DNA of 58,804 bases from Limnohabitans sp. Lineage in GTDB: Bacteria > Pseudomonadota > Gammaproteobacteria > Burkholderiales > Burkholderiaceae_C. The translations under genes were made by a program, and so were the position numbers. Below, in pieces: positions 48,089-58,103 of this stretch. The DNA is taken from NCBI GenBank assembly GCA_024641725.1, contig JAHECM010000002.1, positions 1 to 58,804 of the forward strand, written 5' to 3'. The notes under the pieces are model-generated. The model searched no databases. It was not told the DNA's origin and saw only the letters and a list, made by a program, of their open reading frames with translations. Within the stretch, counting starts at the first letter, position 1. The number at the start of each line of letters is the position of its first letter.

Positions 48089-48334
48089 ATGATCAAAACA
48101 CTCAGCGCACTCACCGTCAGCCTGTTGGCCGCGTCCGCCATGGCCCAAACAGCTGCCCCCATGCCCGCCCCGGTAGCCCCGGCGGCCCCGATCGCTGCCT
48201 CCGCCGTGACAGCGGCCCCCGCCAAGGTCGAAGCTCCTGCTGCTGACAAAAAGGCCGCCAAAATGGCCGACAAAAAAGCTGCCAAAAAGAAAGCCCACAA
48301 GGCCAAAAAGTCCAAGAAGCACGCCAAAGGCTGA
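48089..48334 (+). CDS. Small exported Ala/Pro-rich protein with basic Lys/His tail
   Basis: Signal peptide MIKTLSALTVSLLAASAMA; tail KKAAKKKAHKAKKSKKHAKG; followed by a terminator. Confidence 0.75.
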   Translation: MIKTLSALTVSLLAASAMAQTAAPMPAPVAPAAPIAASAVTAAPAKVEAPAADKKAAKMADKKAAKKKAHKAKKSKKHAKG

Positions 48335-48358
48335 GCCAAACCGATCTGACTTTCACCA

Positions 48359-48390
48359 AGACAAAGGCCCCATTGCTGGGGCCTTTGTCT
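48359..48390. terminator. Bidirectional terminator
   Basis: AGACAAAGGCCCCA-ttgc-TGGGGCCTTTGTCT, 14-bp stem between convergent genes. Confidence 0.85.
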
Positions 48391-48415
48391 TGGGCGAGTG
48401 GCCAGCCGCTGCGGT

Positions 48416-50062
48416 TCAGGCGTCGATGGCTGCTGCCGAGCCAGCCAGCTTGCGCAACTCGAACTTCTGGATCTTGCCCGTGCTGGTCTTGGGCAGTTCG
48501 CCAAACACCACCGCACGCGGCACCTTGAAGCCGGCCAAATACCCCTTGCAATGCGCCACGATGTCCTCGGGCGTGACCTGAGCGCCCGCCTTCAGCTCCA
48601 CAAAGGCGCAAGGCGTCTCGCCCCAACGCGCATCGGGCTTGGCCACCACAGCCGCGGCCAACACGGCGGGGTGGCGGTACAGCACGTCCTCCACCTCGAT
48701 GGACGAGATGTTCTCGCCCCCCGAGATGATGATGTCTTTGCTGCGGTCCTTGATCTTGATGTAGCCGTCCGGGTATTGCACCGCCAAGTCGCCGCTGTGG
48801 AACCAGCCGCCCGCAAACGCCTCTTGCGTGGCTTGCGGGTTCTTGAGGTAGCCCTTCATGGCAATGTTGCCCTTGAACATGATCTCGCCCATGGTCTCGC
48901 CGTCTTGCGGCACCGGTTGCAGGGTCTCGGGGTGCAGCACCCGCACATCGCGCTCCAAGTGGTAGCGCACGCCTTGGCGGGCGTTCAGGCGGGCGCGCTC
49001 GCCAATGGGCAACTCGTCCCAGTCGGCGTGCTTGGCACACACCGTGGCCGGACCATAGACCTCGGTCAGGCCGTACACATGGGTCAAGTCAAAGCCCATT
49101 TGCTCCATGCCCTCGATCATGGACGCCGGCGGCGCGGCCCCCGCCACCATGGCCTTGACGCCAGCGGGCACCCCCACCTTCAGGGCATCCGGGGCGTTGA
49201 CCAACAAACTTTGCACGATGGGCGCGCCGCAGTAATGCGTCACGCCGTGGTCGCGGATCGCGTCAAACACGGCCTGCGCATCCACCCGGCGCAAACAGAC
49301 GTTGACGGCCGCTCGCGCCGCGACGGTCCACGGAAAGCACCAGCCGTTGCAGTGGAACATGGGCAACGTCCACAAATAGACCGCGTGCTTGGGCATGTCC
49401 CATTCGAGCACGTTGGAGATGGCGTTCGTGGCCGCCCCCCGGTGGTGGTACACCACCCCTTTGGGGTTGCCGGTGGTGCCACTGGTGTAGTTCAAGGCAA
49501 TCGCATCCCACTCGTTGGCGGGCAGCTGCCAGTCAAAGTGCGGATCGCCTTGGGCGATGAAGGCCTCGTAGGTGGTGCTGCCCAGCTGGTCGCTGGGCCC
49601 GCTGTACAGGACGTCCTCGACATCGATCACCAAGATGGGCGCGGTGGACTGGCGCAGCGCCAGGGCTTTTTGCATGACGCCCGAAAACTCGGGGTCCACG
49701 ATCACGGCCTTGGCCTCCCCGTGGTCCAGCATGAAGGCCAGCGTGGGCGCGTCCAGCCGGGTGTTGAGGGTGTTGAGCACCGCCCCTGACATGGGCACCC
49801 CAAAATGCGCCTCCACCATGGGCGGGGTGTTGGGCAGCATCACGGCCACCGTGTCATTTTTGCCAATGCCCGCCTGGCTCAGGGCGCTGGCCAATTGGCG
49901 GCAACGGCGGTAGGTGCTGGCCCAGTCTTGGCGCACGTCGCCGTGCACCACCGCCAGGCGCTGGGGGTAGACCTCGGCGGTGCGCTCAATGAAGCTCAGG
50001 GGCGACATGGGGGCGTGGTTGGCGGGGGTCTGGGGCAAGTTCTGGTCGTACATGCTGCTCAT
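48416..50062 (-). CDS. Acyl-CoA synthetase (AMP-binding)
   Basis: YTSGTTGNPKG, MFHCNGW, YGLTE, FHSGD, PKTSTGK. Confidence 0.93.
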   Translation of the reverse strand: MSSMYDQNLPQTPANHAPMSPLSFIERTAEVYPQRLAVVHGDVRQDWASTYRRCRQLASALSQAGIGKNDTVAVMLPNTPPMVEAHFGVPMSGAVLNTLNTRLDAPTLAFMLDHGEAKAVIVDPEFSGVMQKALALRQSTAPILVIDVEDVLYSGPSDQLGSTTYEAFIAQGDPHFDWQLPANEWDAIALNYTSGTTGNPKGVVYHHRGAATNAISNVLEWDMPKHAVYLWTLPMFHCNGWCFPWTVAARAAVNVCLRRVDAQAVFDAIRDHGVTHYCGAPIVQSLLVNAPDALKVGVPAGVKAMVAGAAPPASMIEGMEQMGFDLTHVYGLTEVYGPATVCAKHADWDELPIGERARLNARQGVRYHLERDVRVLHPETLQPVPQDGETMGEIMFKGNIAMKGYLKNPQATQEAFAGGWFHSGDLAVQYPDGYIKIKDRSKDIIISGGENISSIEVEDVLYRHPAVLAAAVVAKPDARWGETPCAFVELKAGAQVTPEDIVAHCKGYLAGFKVPRAVVFGELPKTSTGKIQKFELRKLAGSAAAIDA

Positions 50063-50176
50063 CTGAACTCCTTGGGCAATCGGGTCTGCCATTGGACTGA
50101 GTCTGCCTGACCGCAGGCTGAACCCCCATCCGGTCTATCCCGAAGCTTGGCCAAGCTTATCGGCGAAAATAGACCC

Positions 50177-52174
50177 ATGGCCATTCCACAGTCTTTTTTG
50201 AGCGAACTCCTGAACCGCGTGGACGTGGTGGAGGTGGTGGGCAAGTACGTCCAGCTCAAAAAAGGCGGTGCCAACTTCATGGGCCTGTGCCCCTTCCACG
50301 GCGAAAAATCCCCGAGCTTCAGCGTCAGCCCGACCAAACAGTTTTTTCACTGCTTTGGCTGCGGCAAAAACGGCAACGCCATCGGCTTCCTCATGGAACA
50401 CTCGGGCATGACCTTCATCGAGGCGGTCAAGGACCTGGCCCAACAAGTGGGCATGGTGGTGCCTGAGGAGCAGCAATCGCCCGAAGACCGTGCCCGCGCT
50501 GTTGCGGCCAAGGCCAAGCAAGACAGCCTGACCGATGTGCTCGAAAAAGCAGGCGAGTCTTACCGTGAGCACCTCAAAGTGAGCCCCCGCGCCGTGGCCT
50601 ACCTCAAAGGCCGTGGCCTGTCTGGCCAAATCGCCAAGCGCTTTGGCCTGGGGTATGCGCCCGAAGGCTGGCGCAGTTTGGCCAGCGTTTTTCCAGAGTA
50701 CGACAACCCCTTGCTGGCCGAGTCGGGCCTGGTGATCGTCAATGAAGAAGACGACAAGCGTTACGACCGTTTTCGCGACCGGATCATGTTCCCGATCCGC
50801 AACGTCAAAGGTGAGTGCATCGGCTTTGGCGGGCGGGTGATTGGCGACGGCACCCCCAAATACCTGAACTCGCCCGAAACCCCGGTCTTCCACAAAGGCC
50901 GCGAGCTGTACGGCCTGTACGAAGCCCGCGAAGCGCTGCACAGCGCTGGCTTTGTGCTGGTGACCGAGGGCTATATGGACGTCGTGGCGCTGGCCCAGCT
51001 GGGCTTTGCCAATGCCGTGGCCACGCTGGGCACGGCCTGCACGCCAGACCATGTGCAAAAGCTGTTTCGCTTCACCGACGCGGTGGTGTTCAGTTTTGAC
51101 GGCGACGGCGCAGGCCGCCGAGCCGCCCGCAAGGCACTCGACGGCGCCCTGCCCTACGCCACCGATGTGCGCAGCATCAAGTTTTTGTTTTTGCCCGCCG
51201 AGCACGACCCCGACAGCTATGTGCGCGCGTTTGGCCAAGAGGCTTTTGCCGAACAAATCAAGCAGGCCATGCCCCTGTCGCGCTTCATGGTGGAGGCGGC
51301 CAGCGCCGACTGCGACTTGGACACCGCCGAGGGCCGGTCGCTGCTGTCCAGCCAGGCCCGCCCGCTGTGGCAGCTCTTGCCCGACGGCGCACTCAAACAG
51401 CAAATGCTGTACGAGTTGGCGCAAAAAATCCAACTCACCAGCGACGACCTGAGCCGACTGTGGGGCCAGCAAGCGGCCAGCGACCAGCGCTTTGCCCCCG
51501 CGGGTCCCCGCCACGCCCAAGGCATGGGCATGGCCATAGGCTCAGCCGACGCCACGCCCCAAGCGCCCGCTTATGCGCACGTTCAGCACGCCGCCTACAA
51601 CAGCGCTGCGCCGAATGCCCCCATGTCCCCGCCCAAGTCTGGCAAGCGCCAATTTGAAAAAGGGGCCGATGGCCGCTGGAAAAAAATCGCCCCGCCGCCG
51701 GTCTACACCGGCCCCCGCACCCCACCCGCCAGCCGCGCTGACCACGCCGCACGCTTGCTCATGGGCAATATGGCGCTGTGGGAAACCCTGGTCAGCGAAG
51801 ACCAAGCCATGCTGTGCGAGCTGCCCCTGCCGCACGGCATGCTGTTTGCCTGGATGGAGTCGCAGTTCCACGAACACGGGCCACTGGTCTGGTCCGCCCT
51901 GAAGTCGGCCATGCAAGGCCAGCTGTTTGCCGAGCAAGCCCAGCGCTGGATGGACCAGCACGCCCTGGGCAACCAGGCGGACCCCTTGCCGATTGACCCG
52001 CACGAAGCCCGTCAAGAATTGCGTAGGCTGCTCAATTTGATGTTGGTGGACCGGCTCATGGCCCTCGAAACCGAAGCCCTGAGCCAAGCCCAAAGCGGCC
52101 AAGACCCCGACGCACTGCAACGCTGGCGCAGCCTGCACGAACGCCGCCGTGCCTTGCTGGCCCAGTCAAGCTGA
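50177..52174 (+). CDS. dnaG: DNA primase
   Basis: CPFHGEKSPSF..CFGC, DRFRDRIMFPI, KYLNSPET, EGYMDV, FDGDGAG. Confidence 0.97.
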   Translation: MAIPQSFLSELLNRVDVVEVVGKYVQLKKGGANFMGLCPFHGEKSPSFSVSPTKQFFHCFGCGKNGNAIGFLMEHSGMTFIEAVKDLAQQVGMVVPEEQQSPEDRARAVAAKAKQDSLTDVLEKAGESYREHLKVSPRAVAYLKGRGLSGQIAKRFGLGYAPEGWRSLASVFPEYDNPLLAESGLVIVNEEDDKRYDRFRDRIMFPIRNVKGECIGFGGRVIGDGTPKYLNSPETPVFHKGRELYGLYEAREALHSAGFVLVTEGYMDVVALAQLGFANAVATLGTACTPDHVQKLFRFTDAVVFSFDGDGAGRRAARKALDGALPYATDVRSIKFLFLPAEHDPDSYVRAFGQEAFAEQIKQAMPLSRFMVEAASADCDLDTAEGRSLLSSQARPLWQLLPDGALKQQMLYELAQKIQLTSDDLSRLWGQQAASDQRFAPAGPRHAQGMGMAIGSADATPQAPAYAHVQHAAYNSAAPNAPMSPPKSGKRQFEKGADGRWKKIAPPPVYTGPRTPPASRADHAARLLMGNMALWETLVSEDQAMLCELPLPHGMLFAWMESQFHEHGPLVWSALKSAMQGQLFAEQAQRWMDQHALGNQADPLPIDPHEARQELRRLLNLMLVDRLMALETEALSQAQSGQDPDALQRWRSLHERRRALLAQSS

Positions 52175-52183
52175 CGCCCCGCT

Positions 52184-55100
52184 TCAGGCGTCGCTGATCG
52201 TCACATCGAACGACCCAACCACCTTGGCCAGCAAGGCGGCACCGGCGCTGGCCTGCGCCTGGGTCAGCACCAAAGACGCATCGTCGGTCAGCTCCAGCGC
52301 GTCGAGCTGGCTGCCCAGGGCCAACAAGTCGTCAAACTGCGCTGAGATATTCGCGGCAGTATCGCCCACGCTCACGGTGTCAACATGTGCCTGCGTGGAC
52401 AAGCCGGTGGCATCTTGCGCGTTCGCATCGAGCAAGGCCAAGTGGTAATCGCCTTGGACCTTGCCCAAGGTGCTGCTGCCTTTTTGCCACTGGTCCACGG
52501 TCAAGGCAATGGGGGTGCTGAGGGTGGTCAGCGTGATGCCCGAAACCGTAGCGCCCAAAGCCACCAGGTCATCAAAATTGGCCGAGACCTCTTGGCTGCT
52601 GGCTTTCACGCCAAGGGTGTTGACATGGGGCATGAGCGACAGGGCCTCCAAATTGCCCACGGATACATCGGTGACGTTCAGTCGATAGCCGCCTTGCAAC
52701 TGACCGATCGTGTCAGACAGGGTGTCCACCTGTGTCTGTGTCAACGTGATCGGGCCATTGTCTTCACTCAAGTAGATATCGCCCAATTTGTCCTTCGCAC
52801 TCAAGGACGTCAAAGCCGCCCCCACCGCTGCCGTGGTGTCGGTGACCGTGAAAGCCAACACATGGCTGTTCGCCTGCAAGCTGCTGGCAGTGGCGACGTC
52901 TGCGCCTTGCACCGACACGCTGTAGCCACCTTGGATCTTGCCCAAAGTGGTGCTGCTGGCGGCGAACAAGTCGGCATCCAGTGTCATGGTGCTGGCGGTT
53001 CCCGTCTGGGTCAGTTGCGAGACTTTGCCCGTGGCATTGAGCACGGCCAAGCGGCTGGCGATGTTGTCGCTGCTGTCGGCCACGGCGATGCTGACCACCT
53101 TGCTGTCCGCGGCCAAACTGGACACATCGGCCGCTGTGGCAGCGGTGACGGCCAGTGCGTAATTGCCGTCCTTGATCTTGCCCAAGGCGCTGGCGCTGTT
53201 CGCAAACTGGGCGGCCGTCAGGGTCATGGTGGGCGCAGTCGCCTCTGTCGGAGCGATTTCGCTCAGCTTCGGGCCCAAGGCCTGCAAAGCGGCCAAGTTG
53301 GCCTGGATGTGTGCTGTGCTGTCGCTGACCGCCAAACGGCTCACTCGGGCATCTGCGGCCAAGCTCGATGCGCTGGAGGCATTCACAGCGCTGAGCGCTG
53401 CGCTGTAAGCGGTGCTGATCTTGCCCAGTGTCGCTTGGTTGGAGGTCCATTGCGCCGCCGTCATGGCCAGGTCGACGGTCGGATTTGACAGCACGATGCT
53501 GCTGATTTTGTTGCCCGCAGCTTTCAAGTCACCCAAAGCGTCCACCATGGCGCTGCCCGTGTCGGTCACGACCATGCCGGACACATGGCCATTGGCCGCC
53601 AAAGTGGCCACATCCGTGGCGCTGGCGTCACTGACAGACACGCTGTAGCTGCCATTGATCTTGCCCAAGGCATCGGCGTCATCGGTCAACTGAGCCTGGG
53701 TCAGCGCCAAGGGCGAGGCAGCGCCCGTTTGCGTGATGCTGGCGAGCTTGTCATTGGCCTGCAAGTCGTCCAGGCTGGCAGCGATGTTGCTGCTGCTGTC
53801 ACTCACATCCACAGAGACCACCTGTTCGTTGCTCAGCAGCACCTGGGCCTGCGCTGAACTGGCTCCCTTGACGGCCAACTGCGCATCGGCGCCCAACTTG
53901 CCCAAAGCCGCAGCAGCGCTGGCGATTTGCCCCATGCGCACGGGGATGACACTGGTGTCGCTTTGATCAATGGCGGTCAAGGCGGGGCCCAGCCCCTGCA
54001 ATTTGTCGAGATTGGCTGAAATTTGCGACCCAGAGTCCAAAACCGCCACAGAGACCACCCGCACATCGCCCAGTGCAGCTTGCGCGCTGGCCGCACTGAC
54101 CTCGCTCAAAGCCGCCCGCACGCCACCATTGACTTTGTTCAACACCCCGCCGTAGGCATTCCACTCTGAGGCTGTGAGCTGCAAGGCTGTGCCTGGGTCC
54201 AGTTGATTGATGCTGCTGACCTTGGCCCCCAACGCGGCCAAATCGCTCAAATTGGCAGCCAAGTTCAGCGCGTTGCTGGCCACTGTCATGCTGAAAACTT
54301 TGGGGTTCTGAGCGACATCCGACGCGTCCTCGGCCGCCACACCCGAGACGCTCAGGCTGTAATTGTTGGTCATGGCCGCCAGTGCATCGGCGTCACTGAC
54401 GAGCTGGCTGGCGGTGATGCCCATGGTGCCGGTGCCGACCTGGCTCAAACTGATCTGCAGGTCCGAATGCGTGGTGATGGCGGACTGGATGTTGTCGAGC
54501 TGCGCGGCAATGTTGGCCGCACTGTCGGTCACCGCCACCGCACCCACATGGGTGTCAGCCGCGATTTGCGTGACTTGCGCTGCCGATGCGTTGCGCACCG
54601 CCAAAGCGTAATCGCCCAGTTTGGCAAATGTGGCCGATTGGGTGGCCCATTGATTGGCGGTCACACTCAGGGCCGAGTCCGCATCGGTCTGCGTGATGGC
54701 GGTCAGCTGCGCGCCCAGACCATGCAAACTGTCCAACTGGCTAGAAATGGCCGCCGCACTGTCACTCACCGTCAAAGATGCCACTCGGCTGTCGCTGGCC
54801 ATACTCTGGGCTTTGGCCGCACTCACACCACTCAAGGCCACGCTGTAGCCGCCGTTGATCTTGGACAGCAAGCCCATGTTGCTGCTCCATTGGCTGACCG
54901 ACAAACTCAAGGCGGTGTTGCTGTCACTTTGCACAATGCTGCTCAGGCGCTTGCCCAAAGCGGCCAATTCATTCAGTTTGCCCAAAAGGTGTGCCCCGGT
55001 GTCGCTGACGGACAAGGACGAGACGCGTGAATTGCCCACGGCCAGGCTCAAGGCATTTTCAGCCGTCACCCCACGGACATTGAGGTTGTAGTTGCCTTGA

Positions 55101-56329
55101 ATTTTGCCCAGCGCATCGCTGTCTGAGGACAGTTGGCTGTAGCTCACCGACAGCGCAGTCAACTTACCCGTTAAACCGATGCGGGTGACCTTGGTGTTTT
55201 GCTGCAAGTCATCGAGCGCCATCGAAATGGCTGAGCTGCTGTCACTCACGGAGATGGCGCTGATATGGGTGTTGTCAGCCAGTGCTTGCGCATCGGAAAC
55301 ACTGGCCCCAGTGACCGCCACGCTGTAGAGGTCATCCGATTTGATTTTGCTGAGCACTTGGGCGTAAGTGCCGAACTGGGCGCTGCTCATGGTCAGTGCG
55401 TTGTCGGTGTCAGTGACGTGCACAGAATGAAGTGACGTGCCCAGCCGCTGGAGCAAGTCCAGATGCTTTGACAAGTTGGCCGCCGTGTCCACGATGTCCA
55501 CCGAGACCACCTTTTTGTTGTTCAAAATCGCCGGGGTTTGGTCCATGGACGCGCCCAGCACCGACAACTGATAGCCCTTGTACATTTTGCCAATCACCAG
55601 CGCGTCGGTTTGCAGCTGGTCTGCATTGACTTCGAACCGACTGACGTCGCTGCCACGAACTTCTTTGAGCCGCAAACCCAGCGTTCTCAAATCGTCCAAC
55701 TTGCCAGATATATGCGCTGCGGTGTCCAACACGGCCACCGATTTGACATGGAAATTGTCGGCGTAAGAGACCGCCTGAATGGCCGAAGCCCCACTCACCG
55801 CCAAGCCGTAATTGCCCGAGAGTTTGGCCACAACTTCAGCATCGTCAGCCAGTTGGGTCGCGGTCACCTTGAGCAAGACGGCCGGATCGGTCAAAGCGAT
55901 CGATGTCAGCTTGGTTTTTCCAAGCAAGCTGTCCAATTGGGTACTCAGGCGGGCGCCGGTGTCGCTGATTTTGAAGCTTTGTACATGCGCATTGCCCGAA
56001 ACGGCACCCGCATTGGCCGCAGCCACATCGCTCACAGCCAGTTGGTAATCGGTGCTGAACTTGGACCACAAGCCGCCCAATTTGGACAGCTGCGTGGCCG
56101 ACACATTCAGCACCGCACTCGGGTCAGACTGCGTGACCTGCGTGATGTTGTTGCTCAGCTTGCCCAATGTGTCCAGGTTGCGCGCCAAATTTTCGCTGGT
56201 GTCGCTGATGTTGACTTTGGTGCGCGGATTGGCTTTGAGCGCAGCCAAGGCCGTGGCAATGCTGACCGGGCCTGCAGCAGCGGCCTGGGTGTAGTAATTG
56301 GAAGCAGCAGAGACACTTGTGACGGCCAT
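52184..56329 (-). CDS. Large repeat protein (~1380 aa, 17 x ~79-aa units), unknown function
   Basis: Recurring V-x-D-[TS]-x-x-N-I...LD-x-L...I...D...L-x-[LVM]-T-x-x-Q...LGK[IL]-x-G-x-Y-x-L-x-V unit; rich in S/A/L/T; no Cys; ATG at 56329 or 56335. Confidence 0.85.
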   Translation of the reverse strand: MAVTSVSAASNYYTQAAAAGPVSIATALAALKANPRTKVNISDTSENLARNLDTLGKLSNNITQVTQSDPSAVLNVSATQLSKLGGLWSKFSTDYQLAVSDVAAANAGAVSGNAHVQSFKISDTGARLSTQLDSLLGKTKLTSIALTDPAVLLKVTATQLADDAEVVAKLSGNYGLAVSGASAIQAVSYADNFHVKSVAVLDTAAHISGKLDDLRTLGLRLKEVRGSDVSRFEVNADQLQTDALVIGKMYKGYQLSVLGASMDQTPAILNNKKVVSVDIVDTAANLSKHLDLLQRLGTSLHSVHVTDTDNALTMSSAQFGTYAQVLSKIKSDDLYSVAVTGASVSDAQALADNTHISAISVSDSSSAISMALDDLQQNTKVTRIGLTGKLTALSVSYSQLSSDSDALGKIQGNYNLNVRGVTAENALSLAVGNSRVSSLSVSDTGAHLLGKLNELAALGKRLSSIVQSDSNTALSLSVSQWSSNMGLLSKINGGYSVALSGVSAAKAQSMASDSRVASLTVSDSAAAISSQLDSLHGLGAQLTAITQTDADSALSVTANQWATQSATFAKLGDYALAVRNASAAQVTQIAADTHVGAVAVTDSAANIAAQLDNIQSAITTHSDLQISLSQVGTGTMGITASQLVSDADALAAMTNNYSLSVSGVAAEDASDVAQNPKVFSMTVASNALNLAANLSDLAALGAKVSSINQLDPGTALQLTASEWNAYGGVLNKVNGGVRAALSEVSAASAQAALGDVRVVSVAVLDSGSQISANLDKLQGLGPALTAIDQSDTSVIPVRMGQIASAAAALGKLGADAQLAVKGASSAQAQVLLSNEQVVSVDVSDSSSNIAASLDDLQANDKLASITQTGAASPLALTQAQLTDDADALGKINGSYSVSVSDASATDVATLAANGHVSGMVVTDTGSAMVDALGDLKAAGNKISSIVLSNPTVDLAMTAAQWTSNQATLGKISTAYSAALSAVNASSASSLAADARVSRLAVSDSTAHIQANLAALQALGPKLSEIAPTEATAPTMTLTAAQFANSASALGKIKDGNYALAVTAATAADVSSLAADSKVVSIAVADSSDNIASRLAVLNATGKVSQLTQTGTASTMTLDADLFAASSTTLGKIQGGYSVSVQGADVATASSLQANSHVLAFTVTDTTAAVGAALTSLSAKDKLGDIYLSEDNGPITLTQTQVDTLSDTIGQLQGGYRLNVTDVSVGNLEALSLMPHVNTLGVKASSQEVSANFDDLVALGATVSGITLTTLSTPIALTVDQWQKGSSTLGKVQGDYHLALLDANAQDATGLSTQAHVDTVSVGDTAANISAQFDDLLALGSQLDALELTDDASLVLTQAQASAGAALLAKVVGSFDVTISDA

Positions 56330-56338
56330 TGTCATCAA

Positions 56339-56365
56339 GTATCGGCAAGGGACCGGGTTTCTTGA
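56339..56365 (-). promoter_or_regulatory. sigma28 (FliA) promoter
   Basis: Minus strand TCAAG-N14-GCCGATAC immediately upstream of the repeat-protein start. Confidence 0.75.
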
Positions 56366-56457
56366 GGTCCCAGCGCCGCAAAAGCGCCACGGCGATCCAA
56401 GACCACAGCGGCCAGTGCAGCAAGCTCATCGGCCTGCGCGCACTGCCGTGACTGCGT

Positions 56458-57225
56458 TTACTTGCCCACCAACTGATTGAACTTGTCGGCCTCAAAGCTT
56501 TCACGGGTGGCCGCGTCGCCGGGCACTTGCACCGGTTGCTGAGCGCACAGTTGCTCCAGTGCTTGCCAGATCATGGCGATCTGGTGCTCTTGGCTGGACG
56601 CGTTGTCAATCAGGCCACGCAGAGCCTGGCTGACCGGATCGTCTTCTTGGGTGATGCCATAGGCGTTGAACTTGCGGTCAGTGCCCGAGACATCTGCGCT
56701 TTCACCCGTTTTGGAGGGGATGATGCGCGCCGGAATGCCCACGGCGGTGGCCCCAGCTGGCACCGGCTTGATGACCACGGCATTGCTGCCAATTTTGGCG
56801 CCGTCACCCACCTCAAAACCGCCCAGCACCTTGGCGCCCGCGCTCACCACCACGTCCTTGCCCAGGGTGGGGTGCCGTTTGGCCCCTTTGTACAAGGACG
56901 TGCCCCCCAGGGTGACGCCTTGGTAAATGGTGCATCCGTCGCCGATCTCGGCCGTCTCGCCCACCACCACGCCCATGGCGTGGTCAAAAAACACCCGCTC
57001 GCCAATCTTCGCACCGGGGTGAATCTCAATGCCCGTGAGCCCCCGCGAGATGTGCGAAATGAAGCGCCCCAGCCACTTGAACCCGTGGTTCCAGCACCAA
57101 TGCGCGCGGCGGTGCATCACCAAAGCATGCAGGCCGGGGTAACACGTCAACACCTCCCAAGCCGTGCGGGCGGCGGGGTCGCGTTCAAGAATGCACTGGA
57201 TGTCGGAGCGAAGACGAGAAAACAT
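56458..57225 (-). CDS. cysE: Serine O-acetyltransferase
   Basis: [38 protein letters not shown]. Confidence 0.96.
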   Translation of the reverse strand: MFSRLRSDIQCILERDPAARTAWEVLTCYPGLHALVMHRRAHWCWNHGFKWLGRFISHISRGLTGIEIHPGAKIGERVFFDHAMGVVVGETAEIGDGCTIYQGVTLGGTSLYKGAKRHPTLGKDVVVSAGAKVLGGFEVGDGAKIGSNAVVIKPVPAGATAVGIPARIIPSKTGESADVSGTDRKFNAYGITQEDDPVSQALRGLIDNASSQEHQIAMIWQALEQLCAQQPVQVPGDAATRESFEADKFNQLVGK

Positions 57226-57235
57226 GCTTGCGAGT

Positions 57236-57979
57236 CTACCTTTTCGCCTTGGCCGCCTCGATCATGGCCTTGGCCACCCCGCGCAAGATGTGGATTTCTT
57301 CGGGCTGCAAATCGGCCCGGTTGAACAGCTGGTTCAGGCGTGGCATGAGTTTTTTGGGGGCCGCCGGGTCCAAAAAGCCAATCTCGGTCAAGGCCTGCTC
57401 CCAGTGCGTGAGCATGCCCGCCACCTGCTGCGCGTCCGCCCGCTCTGCCAAGGGCACTGGGTCGGGCACCGCGTCTGGCACCGCAAACCCACCCAGCGCC
57501 TCCCGCCAGTCGTAGGCAATGACCTGGATGGCCGAGCCCAGGTTGAGTGAGCCGAACTTGGGGTGGGTCGGGATCGACAGCGCCACATGGCAGCGGTAAA
57601 CGTCCTCGTTTTTCATGCCATAGCGCTCAGAGCCAAACAAAAACGCCACCGACTGCTCGGGCGCGCCGGGGCGCGTCAGCTCGGCAAAGTGCGCGCGCGG
57701 CTGGCGGGTCGGCGGGCCAAAGTCGCGTGGCGTCATGGCCGTGGCACACAGATGGGTGACGCCGTCGAGCGCCTCGTCCAGCGTCTGCACCACCCGCGCC
57801 TGGGCCAACACATCGTTGGCCCCGCTGGCGCGCTGGATGGTTTCTTCCTTGCGCAGCACATTGGGCCAGCGCGGGGCCACCAGCACCAACTCATCAAAGC
57901 CCATGACTTTCATGGCCCGAGCGGCCGCGCCCACATTGCCCGCGTGGCTGGTTTCAATCAAGATAAATCGCGTTTTCAT
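57236..57979 (-). CDS. trmJ: TrmJ/LasT family RNA methyltransferase
   Basis: [34 protein letters not shown]; lies between suhB and cysE. Confidence 0.92.
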   Translation of the reverse strand: MKTRFILIETSHAGNVGAAARAMKVMGFDELVLVAPRWPNVLRKEETIQRASGANDVLAQARVVQTLDEALDGVTHLCATAMTPRDFGPPTRQPRAHFAELTRPGAPEQSVAFLFGSERYGMKNEDVYRCHVALSIPTHPKFGSLNLGSAIQVIAYDWREALGGFAVPDAVPDPVPLAERADAQQVAGMLTHWEQALTEIGFLDPAAPKKLMPRLNQLFNRADLQPEEIHILRGVAKAMIEAAKAKR

Positions 57980-58103
57980 GGGGTCGATTGTCCCATTGCC
58001 CCTGCACATTGAGCCTGCGCCAGGCCCAAACCGGCTTTTTCGTGGGAAAATATCCGCTTCGCCGTCGCGATCGTGCGCCGGCCAGCCAGGTTCTTAACAA
58101 TTT

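Noticed and set aside
52184-56329. Repeat protein as an RTX adhesin or autotransporter
   Set aside because: No GGxGxD nonapeptides, signal peptide, C-terminal beta-barrel or adjacent secretion genes
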